Virus record (IMG/VR): IMGVR_UViG_3300035698_026924
DNA length: 64,000 bases
From: an uncultured virus (IMG/VR IMGVR_UViG_3300035698_026924)
Taxonomy: Duplodnaviria > Heunggongvirae > Uroviricota > Caudoviricetes
Strand: one strand, 5' to 3'
The notes under the pieces were generated by a model, which saw only the letters and a program-made list of their open reading frames with translations, was not told the DNA's origin and did no database searches. Made by a program: the position numbers and the translations under genes. How positions within the stretch are numbered: position 1 is the stretch's first letter; every line of letters starts with the position of its first letter. Below, one piece after another: positions 8,404-18,064 of the stretch.

Positions 8404-9981
8404 ATGGCTTTATTCAAGATATTATCAAAAAGTTACAGGCGATACGACCGTTTATCCAGAAAAGCTGATTGGGCACCAACGCATGCCCTGACACTAGCTT
8501 CTTTTTTTCGTGGTACTCATGCGCCATTCGATCAGCATCTAATCGGCATGGAGACTATGGGATACAGGCTGTTTTTAAAGGCAAAAGATGGGAAATCACA
8601 TTTAGCTGCAACCATTGGACGTTTTGAATTAGTGGACCCAGAGCCAATCGAAAAATCTACATGGTTGCATGGTATCATAACTTGGAATGGCGAAACAGCA
8701 ATATTACATAAAAATGGTGAAGAAGTAGATGCAGCAAAAGTTACTAGAATAGATTATTCTGGGTCTTTATATGGAAGATCGATTTGGGCTTTTAATGAAA
8801 CAAATGGTGGCAACTCATATCAGTTGGGATTAAATCTATTAACTATATGGGGAGACCCAATAACAGCCGACGAAGCCAAATACTTATCTGAGGGCGGTAA
8901 TCCAGCACACGTTACTTATTATGGAATAAGACTATGTGATTATCTGGATTTTGATACAACCAGTGAGATCTGCGGAGATTACTTACCAGAATCAGTAACG
9001 AATATTGATATTATTCATCTTGACTTTTCACCTTTTGAAGAAGGTGTGGTTCCTTATCCAGTACCAGATCTGCAACTTAGCAGTTCAGATACTAGCGAAT
9101 CCAGTGAATCTAGCGAATCCAGTAATTCCAGCGAATCCAGTTCAGATTCTAGTTTAAGTTCAATAAGTAGTGACAGCAGCAGTTTAAGTTCAACAAGTGA
9201 TAGTTCTCCATTTGATGAAACAAGCAGTAGTAGCGTTGATACTTCTAAATTTTTCTATGACACACCTGGAACATATACTCTAAACATACCATCAGATATT
9301 GAAGAAATCGACAGCATACTGGTGTGGGGCGCTGGTGGCGGCGGTGCTCTTGGAAGAGTGTACCGTAGTGGCTATAGGCGCTATTCTATTGGTGGTGGGG
9401 CTGGCGGCGGCGGTGCCTATAGCACTAGCAAAAACATACCAATAAGCGTTGGTACAGTATTAACAATAAGAGTTGGCAAAGGTGGCAAAGGTGGCTATGT
9501 CGCATCATCTTTTAAAAGTTCTAGAAATCTTGTAAATGCAACCCACGGCAGCCAATCATATATAAAAATAAATGGTGTTCTTTATACCAATATGGGGGGC
9601 GGCGGAATAGGCAACAATCACAACGGTGGAGAAGGTGGTTCAACAAACGGAGAATTAAAAGGAACTAAAGGAAACAAGGGCGAAGACGGAGATTCAATAG
9701 CATATTTTGATAGCAATCCGCCATCGGTTGGTAATTCTCTAGGTGGATTAAGCGGAAATGATGATTATTATGGTAGAGGCGGTGCTGGAGGTGATGTCAA
9801 TGAAGAAGGATTTGACGGTGCTACAGGTAGAGTAGAAATACGTTACACAAGAGATGTATCAAGTAGCTCAAGTTCTGAGAGTTCTCCAGATGTAGATTCT
9901 ACATCAAGTGACTCAAGCTCTTATAGCTCATCTACTGGATCTAGTGAAACATCATCAGACAGTCAATCTAGCGCTGGTTAA
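8404..9981 (+). CDS. Putative virion surface/fiber protein: LamG-like domain, Ser-rich linker, glycine-rich domain, Ser-rich tail
   Basis: WLHGIITWNGETAILHKNGEEV (concanavalin/LamG-like), two long Ser tracts, VWGAGGGG...GGGAGGGGAYS glycine-rich domain. Confidence 0.7.
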   Translation: MALFKILSKSYRRYDRLSRKADWAPTHALTLASFFRGTHAPFDQHLIGMETMGYRLFLKAKDGKSHLAATIGRFELVDPEPIEKSTWLHGIITWNGETAILHKNGEEVDAAKVTRIDYSGSLYGRSIWAFNETNGGNSYQLGLNLLTIWGDPITADEAKYLSEGGNPAHVTYYGIRLCDYLDFDTTSEICGDYLPESVTNIDIIHLDFSPFEEGVVPYPVPDLQLSSSDTSESSESSESSNSSESSSDSSLSSISSDSSSLSSTSDSSPFDETSSSSVDTSKFFYDTPGTYTLNIPSDIEEIDSILVWGAGGGGALGRVYRSGYRRYSIGGGAGGGGAYSTSKNIPISVGTVLTIRVGKGGKGGYVASSFKSSRNLVNATHGSQSYIKINGVLYTNMGGGGIGNNHNGGEGGSTNGELKGTKGNKGEDGDSIAYFDSNPPSVGNSLGGLSGNDDYYGRGGAGGDVNEEGFDGATGRVEIRYTRDVSSSSSSESSPDVDSTSSDSSSYSSSTGSSETSSDSQSSAG

Positions 9982-10016
9982 ATCTGCTTTGTATAGCGCT
10001 GGTTAAATCTGCTTTG
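9969..10016. repeat. 23-bp direct repeat (25-bp period) at a convergent gene junction
   Basis: TAGCGCTGGTTAAATCTGCTTTG at 9969-9991 and 9994-10016. Confidence 0.95.
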
Positions 10017-10154
10017 CACACCATCATACAGTTGAAAGGCAATATCAATTGACCTTTCAACTGCATCCTCATCTTCTAACATGTGCGGCAACAAAACAGA
10101 TGCAATCGACAGTATAGCAGCTTTTTCCTGTTCTATCTTTATTTCTTCATGCAT
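9978..10154 (-). CDS. Small hypothetical protein
   Basis: Likely start MHEEIKIEQ overlapping the upstream stop. Confidence 0.55.
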   Translation of the reverse strand: MHEEIKIEQEKAAILSIASVLLPHMLEDEDAVERSIDIAFQLYDGVQSRFNQRYTKQI

Positions 10155-10491
10155 TACTATTTGACCTACGCTTTTCTCGCCTACGAGCGTTGTTCTTGTT
10201 TTTGGAAATCTGTTTAGAAACTTCCTTAGTATGCCGAACGTGCTGAATGTCACTTGTCGCAACATAACGAGTATCGCCATCAAGTTGGCCGTCAGCGCCC
10301 AAAGTGTTGATAACAACAATTTGTCGCTTAGTTTCTTCATCGTAGCGCAATGTTTCCCACATTATATTTTTGGGATCAACGCCACGATATTCATCGCCTT
10401 TAATTTTTGCACGTTCTTCAACACGCGCTTTTAATGCGTCAACATCAAGACGTTTAGGTTGACGTTTCTTCTTTGCGGGTTCTGACATCAT
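10147..10491 (-). CDS. Hypothetical basic protein
   Basis: 114-aa ORF. Confidence 0.75.
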   Translation of the reverse strand: MMSEPAKKKRQPKRLDVDALKARVEERAKIKGDEYRGVDPKNIMWETLRYDEETKRQIVVINTLGADGQLDGDTRYVATSDIQHVRHTKEVSKQISKNKNNARRREKRRSNSNA

Positions 10492-10518
10492 ATGCCCTTT
10501 GGGGAGAATGAAGGGTTA

Positions 10519-11124
10519 TTAACGAATAGCTGGCTTGAAAGGCTCTACTAGCCCTTCATCAATGACACCATCAATATTCTTATCTTCACTGAGGAATCGA
10601 TCTTGATGGAATTTGCTGGTTGGTTTAATGTGATGACTAACTTTGAAAAACTTGGTGAAATTTTCTTTACCAACTGCTTCGATCAATTTAGTTAAGATTT
10701 CTTTGTCTTCAAGAGCAGCTTTAGTCAGCTTAACATCAAGAACTTTTTCAAAACATTCACTGTACTTGTCACCAAATTTTTCTTTAAGCTCGTCCTCTCG
10801 CTCAACATTAATCTTTTTGTACTGTTCCTTAGCGACATCAACATCGACAGATACTTCTTCATTTTTAACCTGAGTCTGAAGCTTTACAGTAGAAATAACA
10901 CTGTCACTGGTCTGATCTTTGTGAAATTTTCTAGCTATTGGAATCAATTCTTCAGCAAGGATCTTAACTTTAGCTTCCTCTGTAGCAATAGTATCTTTAG
11001 ATTTACGGTAGCCAACAATAGCTTTAATCGTCTTTTTGTCCTTAACTTCAAAAACAGGAACATTTGATTTCTTTTTCTTAGAACCGCTCTTGGCAGCGTT
11101 TGAAATGATGGCGTCTACGTCCAT
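10519..11124 (-). CDS. Hypothetical Lys-rich protein
   Basis: 201-aa ORF with AAGGAG RBS and TGTTACAAA motif. Confidence 0.8.
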   Translation of the reverse strand: MDVDAIISNAAKSGSKKKKSNVPVFEVKDKKTIKAIVGYRKSKDTIATEEAKVKILAEELIPIARKFHKDQTSDSVISTVKLQTQVKNEEVSVDVDVAKEQYKKINVEREDELKEKFGDKYSECFEKVLDVKLTKAALEDKEILTKLIEAVGKENFTKFFKVSHHIKPTSKFHQDRFLSEDKNIDGVIDEGLVEPFKPAIR

Positions 11125-11189
11125 TATGATCTCCTTGTAATGATTTGTAACAGGTTGTTGTTATTCGTAAATGTATATTAAAATGTTTA

Positions 11190-12347
11190 TTAAAGATAAA
11201 AATCAGTATTCTTATCAAAATTGGTGCTAGCACCTTCTAAATCAAATTCGGCAGCAAGAATTTCTCCAACAAATGCTGAAATTCTTCTTTGCTGGTCGTG
11301 ATCAGCGCGATGAGTTGACAGTTCACTAGCAAGATTAATCAAATCCATAACCTTGCATTCAACCGGAACAACTTTGCGCTTCTTTGTGCTAAGCTGGTCA
11401 AGGCTGATAAGGCCATATTTTTCCATAAGGTCAGATCCAGCCAAATTATGCAAAGCACGTGTCACATCAGATTGAAATTCTGTGGTGTCAGAAGTATTTG
11501 CATCTATTTTGTTATGGATCTTTTGCATATTACAACCAGTAAGAATTCTATACAATTTATTGAACTCATCCAAACTAGCTGGAGTTTTACTAGCAGTGTG
11601 CATTCTGTCAGTTAAAACATGAAAACCTTCTTCATCATTGTGGCTTTCAATAAATTTCTTTAAAGTTGGTGCAGCATTGTTTATAATCCTACCGCCAACT
11701 GTGGTTTGTTCACCAAGACTAATAGAAGATTTAAATGCTGGTGCTTCGCCAATCATACCATTAGAACAAACTAAACGAGTAATTTGAAGATATGCAGATG
11801 GAAGACCATATCCATCAATAGGAACATCCATTACAAATCGACGGACCATTTCATCTCCGCCAACTTCAATCTTATTATTCCCCATCACTGACGGCACATG
11901 TTCACTTCTTACCACGCCGTTAGAATATTTGATATTGTCTCTATCAATGCCCATTTTGTGCAGCAATTCAAAAAGATCAAAAGATTCAATCAACGATTTT
12001 GTAGGTTTAATAACAGCCAATGCAGTATGACTATCATCAGTGTTTCTCTGAAGAGCAATTCGAACACGATCGCCTTTTCCAGACCCAACTAATCGCTCTG
12101 TGACTTCTTCATGAGAAAACAAATTAAAAATCGATTTTGACAACCCAAATAACCCACAAAACGAATTAAAGAATCTATCAGTGCAATGCACTTCAGAATC
12201 TACCCCTTTTATTTGCATATTGTTAATGATCGTTTTTGTATTATGCGTTCCTTGAATTCTATGAAGCAAGATATCTGATATGCTGACAGTAGTATAATCG
12301 ACAACCGGAATAGGATGATCAATAGAAATAGATTGAGCAATCGTCAT
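11190..12347 (-). CDS. DUF932-like phage protein
   Basis: DGYG...YLQITRLVCSNGMI motif; start MTIAQS after AGGAG. Confidence 0.65.
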   Translation of the reverse strand: MTIAQSISIDHPIPVVDYTTVSISDILLHRIQGTHNTKTIINNMQIKGVDSEVHCTDRFFNSFCGLFGLSKSIFNLFSHEEVTERLVGSGKGDRVRIALQRNTDDSHTALAVIKPTKSLIESFDLFELLHKMGIDRDNIKYSNGVVRSEHVPSVMGNNKIEVGGDEMVRRFVMDVPIDGYGLPSAYLQITRLVCSNGMIGEAPAFKSSISLGEQTTVGGRIINNAAPTLKKFIESHNDEEGFHVLTDRMHTASKTPASLDEFNKLYRILTGCNMQKIHNKIDANTSDTTEFQSDVTRALHNLAGSDLMEKYGLISLDQLSTKKRKVVPVECKVMDLINLASELSTHRADHDQQRRISAFVGEILAAEFDLEGASTNFDKNTDFYL

Positions 12348-12393
12348 GTTTTCTCCTGACAATTTATAACAATAGTATATAGTGGGTAAATTA

Positions 12394-13545
12394 TTATGCT
12401 ATAATTTTCCTTTTTCCTTTTCTTGACATTGATTTTAATCTTATTAACATTTTTTCATCAACTTTAGAATTAGCTAATTGTTTTATCATATCTTGTGCGG
12501 CTTTTTCTACTAAATCACTCTTGCCGATATATTTCCACCCGCCATTGTGCCATAAATGCTGGCGATTAGCAATATTGGCTGTTCTTGTGAATGGCCAACG
12601 AGTTTTAACAGATTGGACTATATTGGCCACAGAGATTTCAGGATGAGGTCGCAACACTCTTCCAGACATTTGGATCGTTGGTAATTCCCCACTGTCTCTA
12701 ACAAATACAGTTTTTAATGAAGAACAATCAAATCCTTCTGTGAGAACAAACATATTAACCAAAACATCAATATCACCATTTTCAAATTTTTCAATTTGTG
12801 ATTCTCTATCGGTTTCCCCTGTTACTAAGTCAACTTTAATATTATTGTTATTAAGAATTTTAACCGCTTCTTCACATTCTTCTCGCGATGGGAAAAATAT
12901 AATGCTTTTACCCCATATTTCTTTATCTCTTAAATAATGACCAACAACAGAATTTGGCTGCCAATCAGGTAACATCCAATGATCAAATTTTGATAGCCAT
13001 CCTTCATCAATTAGAGTATAAAACCCAGCATCGACATAAGTTTTTTGGAAACAAAGCTTTGCATTATCCGTTCGCTTTGGTGTAGCTGATAAACCAAGCA
13101 TATAACCTGGATCAATTGCATTAATAATACCATGCATTGACGAACATGCCTCATGGTGCGCTTCGTCAATTACAAGAAGAACAACCTTGTATTCAAGCAA
13201 TTTAGGAGAAACAGTATTAGCAAATTGAGATAAAAAGTGAACATCAGGACATTTAATCATTGTTTCATTTTCTATCATAGCCTGACGAAGAAGATTTCGT
13301 CTACCAGCAACCCATCCAATACCAACATCTTTAGAATCACATCCACAAATATCTTTAGCATTATCTTTAAACATTTTGGCCAATTTAAAACCCATGACAG
13401 TTTTGCCAGATCCTGGTGGGCTCTGAATAACACCAGATTTAACCTTAACTCCGTATTTATTACGACCAATCCAGTCATTGAATACATTATTAATCAGTCT
13501 AGTTTGATATGGTCTGTCTTGAAAATTATTGATCATTATCTTCAT
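12394..13545 (-). CDS. Superfamily 2 DExH helicase (ResIII/UvsW-like)
   Basis: RPYQ, SPPGSGKT, DEAHH, GLSATP, LTEGFD, QMSGRVLR motifs. Confidence 0.92.
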   Translation of the reverse strand: MKIMINNFQDRPYQTRLINNVFNDWIGRNKYGVKVKSGVIQSPPGSGKTVMGFKLAKMFKDNAKDICGCDSKDVGIGWVAGRRNLLRQAMIENETMIKCPDVHFLSQFANTVSPKLLEYKVVLLVIDEAHHEACSSMHGIINAIDPGYMLGLSATPKRTDNAKLCFQKTYVDAGFYTLIDEGWLSKFDHWMLPDWQPNSVVGHYLRDKEIWGKSIIFFPSREECEEAVKILNNNNIKVDLVTGETDRESQIEKFENGDIDVLVNMFVLTEGFDCSSLKTVFVRDSGELPTIQMSGRVLRPHPEISVANIVQSVKTRWPFTRTANIANRQHLWHNGGWKYIGKSDLVEKAAQDMIKQLANSKVDEKMLIRLKSMSRKGKRKIIA

Positions 13546-13726
13546 TCTTATTAAAGAAAGGCATTATAACAAGCACTGGCAGCGCTATATGGGATAACAA
13601 AAATAAAGCTATCATTTTGTTAAGAATGGTGGGACAATTATTCCACCAATCGTACCCATTTTTGAAAAAAGACACAGCCAATATAGCGGATGTATTTATC
13701 ATTAAGATATACAAATAAACTTCCAT
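13526..13726 (-). CDS. Small membrane protein
   Basis: 66 aa, two hydrophobic segments, GGAG RBS. Confidence 0.6.
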   Translation of the reverse strand: MEVYLYILMINTSAILAVSFFKNGYDWWNNCPTILNKMIALFLLSHIALPVLVIMPFFNKNEDNDQ

Positions 13727-13749
13727 GTTTTCTCCAAATCTGAAGGGTG

Positions 13750-14475
13750 CTAGTTACCAATTGCTTCATTCACCAGATCATCAATAGATTTTTCTTCAAC
13801 AGGTTGATATGTAATAGTGCTAGTGCTGATTTCAGATATGCTAAGCTTAGCCTTAACCCTAGCAATCTCGTCAGACGTTCCAGAATCATCAATATTCAAT
13901 CCAGTGTTTAGAGAATTTTGTAATTGTTGCAGGTTAGCAGTATGCTCAAGCATTGCAATCTGACTTTCATTACTCCTAACCTTAGAAATAACCTCATTGA
14001 TAGACACTCGCATTTCTGATTCTGCTTTAATCATCGTTGCCAAGTATTCTTGCTTAGACTTTATCTCATTTCTCATAGTTTGCAAATCACCAATCTTGGC
14101 TCTAAGATCATTTTCTACTTCTGAAGATTCATAATTAATTCCATTTATGTCGATATTACCGCCATTGGCTGTGCGCAGCATGTCATGACCAACCCTAATA
14201 TCATTTTCTAACAAACCAATCTTAGGAAGTTCATCAGATTTGATTTGATTCCGCGCTCGTTCAATCTTCACAACGAGCATTGCATGATTTTGACGGACCA
14301 TGCGTAGTCCTTGGTTGTCTCGTTTTGCCATTTCTTTTAACTTCTCAATGTCATACTCAATAGGAGCATTTTCATTGATGGTGTTGGAAACAGCGTTAAC
14401 AGCCGCTTGGCCGTTAACAGAAAAGAAACCCACGGCACAAGCGATAATGACCGCTATAACAAGAATGGTTTTCAT
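13750..14475 (-). CDS. Signal-anchored coiled-coil protein (PspA-like; resembles a planctomycete family)
   Basis: GGAGG RBS, MKTILVIAVII..., PIEYDIEK, INGINYESSEVENDL, long coiled coil, IDDS. Confidence 0.65.
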   Translation of the reverse strand: MKTILVIAVIIACAVGFFSVNGQAAVNAVSNTINENAPIEYDIEKLKEMAKRDNQGLRMVRQNHAMLVVKIERARNQIKSDELPKIGLLENDIRVGHDMLRTANGGNIDINGINYESSEVENDLRAKIGDLQTMRNEIKSKQEYLATMIKAESEMRVSINEVISKVRSNESQIAMLEHTANLQQLQNSLNTGLNIDDSGTSDEIARVKAKLSISEISTSTITYQPVEEKSIDDLVNEAIGN

Positions 14476-14513
14476 TTTAAATCCTCCGATTGCTAATAGA
14501 AACAACATCGTCT

Positions 14514-14795
14514 CTACTCGTTTGTGGCAGTTGATGGTTGATAATTAATAGAAGAATCTTCTTTTAATCTACTAAAAACAGTCATATTTTGTTCATTTAT
14601 AACAAAGCATTTCACTACACCTTTGTCATAAACATAAACACAAAGCTCGCCATTATCATAACAAACTTCACCAGAACTTGGCGGCTTTGGATTTTTCCAT
14701 TGTTCAAAAAGATGACTACCCATCATAATGGAAGCAAACACAGTCAACAAAAAAGCAATTATGACGACTGATAACAACAATTCTTTTATCATCAT
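14514..14795 (-). CDS. Membrane-anchored hypothetical protein
   Basis: AGGAGG RBS, N-terminal TM, TGCTACAAA motif. Confidence 0.7.
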   Translation of the reverse strand: MMIKELLLSVVIIAFLLTVFASIMMGSHLFEQWKNPKPPSSGEVCYDNGELCVYVYDKGVVKCFVINEQNMTVFSRLKEDSSINYQPSTATNE

Positions 14796-14860
14796 TGTCT
14801 CCTCCTACCAATTTGTAGCAGTGACGATTCAATATTAAAACTAGTAATTGCGCGTTAACG

Positions 14861-15037
14861 CTATTTAGGCTTGTCTTCTCGATCAAGCAAAAGACACAAA
14901 ATCCAGCTACCAATACAAATGACAACAATCGAACCGATCATCACTAAGCCAAGTCATTCTGGGGTTGTAGCTGGATTCGTTCCAATTTCAGTCGCCCAAT
15001 CATCTCCATAGGGCTTAGGAATTACTACTGGGGTCAT
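14861..15037 (-). pseudogene. Small membrane-protein gene with an in-frame TGA
   Basis: MTPVVIPKPYGDDWATEIGTNPATTPE*LGLVMIGSIVVICIGSWILCLLLDREDKPK*; TGA at 14954-14956. Confidence 0.45.
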
Positions 15038-15113
15038 AAATCTTCTTCGCTCATTTGTTGAGAACGAACATCTCCAACTACATATTTTAGTGTGTTCATT
15101 GGTTTCCTTTTAG

Positions 15114-15380
15114 TCAACTACTTAACTCATTAGCTAATAATTCAATTTGGCCGATCCACGTTAATTCTTTATTGCTGAGAACTTTTATCTTCATTACAGA
15201 CAAAGGTGAGTCCTCATTCATTTGATACAAAACTCCAAACTTTAACGCCATTCTGTACGGTGAAGAGAATGGGACTGCATCACCAGTCATTATATACGCA
15301 TTGCCTTTTCCGTCATGTGCAAGCCTTAAATCTCCTTTCATAGCATCGTATACCAAGTCAGTTACGTTGGCTTTTATCAT
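15114..15380 (-). CDS. Hypothetical protein
   Basis: 88-aa ORF with AGGAG RBS. Confidence 0.7.
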   Translation of the reverse strand: MIKANVTDLVYDAMKGDLRLAHDGKGNAYIMTGDAVPFSSPYRMALKFGVLYQMNEDSPLSVMKIKVLSNKELTWIGQIELLANELSS

Positions 15381-15670
15381 AGTGGGTCACTCCTGATTAT
15401 TTCTACAAATTACGATTATTATCGTAAATTCCACCAAATCATATTTGTCGTGCCTGTTTCTTCTATTGTTTGTTGCACAATCACAATGACCAATAAGTAT
15501 ATATGCAGAAGCCTCTGATTCAAGATAAGATTTAAAGAAAAGAAAAAATTAACAAGCACAAAAAGACAAACAAAACAGCAAAAAACAAAAATTCCTAAAA
15601 TGCGATTAACATAATATCCCCCATTTCTGGAAAAAGATAATTCAGTGATAATCAGAATTTGTACAGCCTT

Positions 15671-15678
15671 GTATTTAA
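15671..15678 (+). promoter_or_regulatory. GTATTTWA upstream motif (representative copy)
   Basis: Copies upstream of the exonuclease, RNR, thyA, dUTPase, deaminase, sialidase-like and four hypothetical genes. Confidence 0.6.
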
Positions 15679-15738
15679 AATAGCAATAATAATTGCAATA
15701 ACCAATTTACCACAGCTTCTCCCAAGGGAAAACAAAAA

Positions 15739-17862
15739 ATGACGGATGATTCATCTCCACATACAGCACAAATGACGACAGATCCCATTAGTTCTAATCA
15801 CTTGCAAGCAATGAGTGAATATACGGTTGTTACCAAATATGCAAGATATGATGACAAAAAGGGCAGAAGAGAAACTTGGGATGAGATGATCAACAGAGTA
15901 CGCGACATGCATCTGTTTCGATATGGCGCATGCGCTATTAATGACGACATAAATTGGGCATTTGAGCAGGTTAAAAACAAAAAAGTTTTACCAAGCATGA
16001 GGTCATTGCAATATGGTGGTGATGCAATTATTGCAAACGACGCTAGAATTTACAATTGTTCATACTCTTTAGCAGATAGACCAAGATTTTTTAGTGAATG
16101 TTTGTGGCTTCTTCTTTCTGGTACTGGTACTGGGTTTAGTGTTCAAAAGCAACATATAGAAAAACTTCCAAAGCTTATTGTTCATTCTGATTCTACTGAA
16201 AAAGAAATTATGTCTTACACTGTTGGAGATACAATTGAAGGTTGGTCAGACGCGCTTCAAATTTTAATCGACTCGCATTTTCAGGGAACTCCACTCAGTG
16301 GTAAAGAAATCTTTTTCGATTACACCAAAATTAGACGAAAAGGGTCAAAATTAAGAACTTCTGGTGGTCGTGCTCCTGGACCAAAGCCACTGCAAAAGGC
16401 ACTAAAAAGAATAAAACGAGTCTTACTTGATGCAACTGAATCAGGCCAAGAAAAGTTGAAAACAATACAAGTGTACGATATTATTACAATGGCTGCTGAT
16501 TGCGTTTTAGCTGGTGGTATAAGAAGATCGGCCACAATAGCTTTATTTTCAAAAGATGATGAAGATATGATGAAAGCCAAAGTAGGATTTTATCAAAATG
16601 TCAGTGTTTTAACAGACAAAAGGAAAGATGGTTCTTGGATAACAGACGCTGGCATAGCCTATGACTTATATAAAAGCGACGGAGAAGAACCACAAAAAGG
16701 CGAAGCATGTGACGTAGGATGGTATAATCTTTATCCGTGGCGTCAACTCTCAAACAATAGCGTAGCATTGCTAAGAAAAGATTGCGAATTTGATGATTTC
16801 AACGAAATTATAAACTGCGCTAAATCATACGGTGAACCAGGATTTGTTTTCTTAGATAATTTAGACTACGGATACAACCCATGTGTAGAGATTGGTCTTA
16901 ATCCAGTTGATCCTAAAACAAAGGAAACTGGTTGGGGCGTGTGCAATTTAACTGAAATAAATGGTGGCGCAATAACAACTAAAGAAGATTTTAAAGATGC
17001 AATAAGAGCTGCAGCAATAATTGGCACTCTACAAGCTGGTTATACTTATTTTAGTTATTTAGCAGATGCTAGCAGAAATGTCATTAGGCGCGAAGCTCTT
17101 CTTGGTGTTAGTGTGACTGGATGGATGGACAACCCAGACCTGCTACTTAACCCAGAGATTCAACAAGAGATGGCAAAATACGCCATAGAAGTAAACAAAA
17201 AATTCTCTAAGAAAATAAACATAAATCCAGCCGCAAGAGTCACCTGCACTAAGCCAGCTGGGACAACTTCTGTTGTATTTGGTACAGGGTCTGGTATTCA
17301 CCCTCACCATGCTAGGCGTTATTTCCGCAGAATCAGAATCAATAAAAACGAAAAGCCAGCACAATATTTTAAATTGCACAATCCGCACATGGTGGAAGCA
17401 TCAGTTTCAAACGAAAATGATGATATAATAACTTTCTGTGTGCAAGTGCCAGAATCAGCGATTGTAAAAAAGGATATAGGAGCAGTTTACTTTTTAGAGA
17501 TGGTCAAAAACACTTATGAAAATTGGGTTCTTCCTGGTACTGCAAACCCTAGTTCTAGCCCTGGCCTACATCACAATGTATCCAACACTGTTACAATAAA
17601 GTCCGATGAGTGGGATAAAGTAGCAAAGTATGTTTATGATAATCGTGAATATTTTTCTGGAATCTCTATGTTGGCCGATTTTGGCGACAAGGCTTATCGA
17701 CAAGCACCAATGGAGAAAGTAGAATCAGAAGAAGATGTATTAAAGTGGAATGTCTTGGTAGAAAATTACCAGCCAGTTGATTGGTCTCTATTCAAAGAAA
17801 ACGATGATTTTACTGAAAGAAGGCTAACAGCGGCATGTGCTAATGGCAAATGCTCGATTTAA
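15739..17862 (+). CDS. nrdJ: Class II (adenosylcobalamin-dependent, monomeric RTPR-type) ribonucleotide reductase
   Basis: KYARY..RRETW, PSMRSLQYGG, YNCSY, GGIRRSATIAL, NPCVEIGL, CNLTEING, TCTKPAGTTS, C-terminal ACANGKC; no small subunit in window. Confidence 0.9.
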   Translation: MTDDSSPHTAQMTTDPISSNHLQAMSEYTVVTKYARYDDKKGRRETWDEMINRVRDMHLFRYGACAINDDINWAFEQVKNKKVLPSMRSLQYGGDAIIANDARIYNCSYSLADRPRFFSECLWLLLSGTGTGFSVQKQHIEKLPKLIVHSDSTEKEIMSYTVGDTIEGWSDALQILIDSHFQGTPLSGKEIFFDYTKIRRKGSKLRTSGGRAPGPKPLQKALKRIKRVLLDATESGQEKLKTIQVYDIITMAADCVLAGGIRRSATIALFSKDDEDMMKAKVGFYQNVSVLTDKRKDGSWITDAGIAYDLYKSDGEEPQKGEACDVGWYNLYPWRQLSNNSVALLRKDCEFDDFNEIINCAKSYGEPGFVFLDNLDYGYNPCVEIGLNPVDPKTKETGWGVCNLTEINGGAITTKEDFKDAIRAAAIIGTLQAGYTYFSYLADASRNVIRREALLGVSVTGWMDNPDLLLNPEIQQEMAKYAIEVNKKFSKKININPAARVTCTKPAGTTSVVFGTGSGIHPHHARRYFRRIRINKNEKPAQYFKLHNPHMVEASVSNENDDIITFCVQVPESAIVKKDIGAVYFLEMVKNTYENWVLPGTANPSSSPGLHHNVSNTVTIKSDEWDKVAKYVYDNREYFSGISMLADFGDKAYRQAPMEKVESEEDVLKWNVLVENYQPVDWSLFKENDDFTERRLTAACANGKCSI

Positions 17863-17876
17863 TTTTTAATTGAATC

Positions 17877-17914
17877 TAATTTTTGAGGCGGGGATATCCC
17901 CGCCTCAAAAATTA
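17877..17914. terminator. Bidirectional intrinsic terminator
   Basis: 38-bp perfect palindrome TAATTTTTGAGGCGGGGATATCCCCGCCTCAAAAATTA between convergent genes. Confidence 0.9.
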
Positions 17915-18064
17915 TTCTGCGTCTTTAATTGTTACTTTACCATCATCAATTGTAAGAATTTCATCTATATCGCCCAAGTCGCCCAAGTCTGTATTTTCTT
18001 TTATTGGTACATTAACAAACGTATCCCAGTTTAATACATTCAAATGAACTTCAGGGGGATACAT
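17912..18064 (-). CDS. Small acidic hypothetical protein (50 aa)
   Basis: Read by hand: MYPPEVHLNVLNWDTFVNVPIKENTDLGDLGDIDEILTIDDGKVTIKDAE; TGATG coupling with upstream gene. Confidence 0.6.
   Translation of the reverse strand: MYPPEVHLNVLNWDTFVNVPIKENTDLGDLGDIDEILTIDDGKVTIKDAE

Noticed and set aside
9969..10016. Mini CRISPR array
   Set aside because: Only two repeat copies with a 2-nt gap, no spacer, no cas genes
15381..15660. T-rich stretch upstream of the RNR as a membrane-protein gene or replication origin
   Set aside because: Hydrophobic frames are broken by stops and lack a consistent start; no iterons seen; left unassigned
15739..17862. Intein or intron in the RNR or thyA
   Set aside because: No splice-junction motifs or homing endonuclease; catalytic motifs are contiguous
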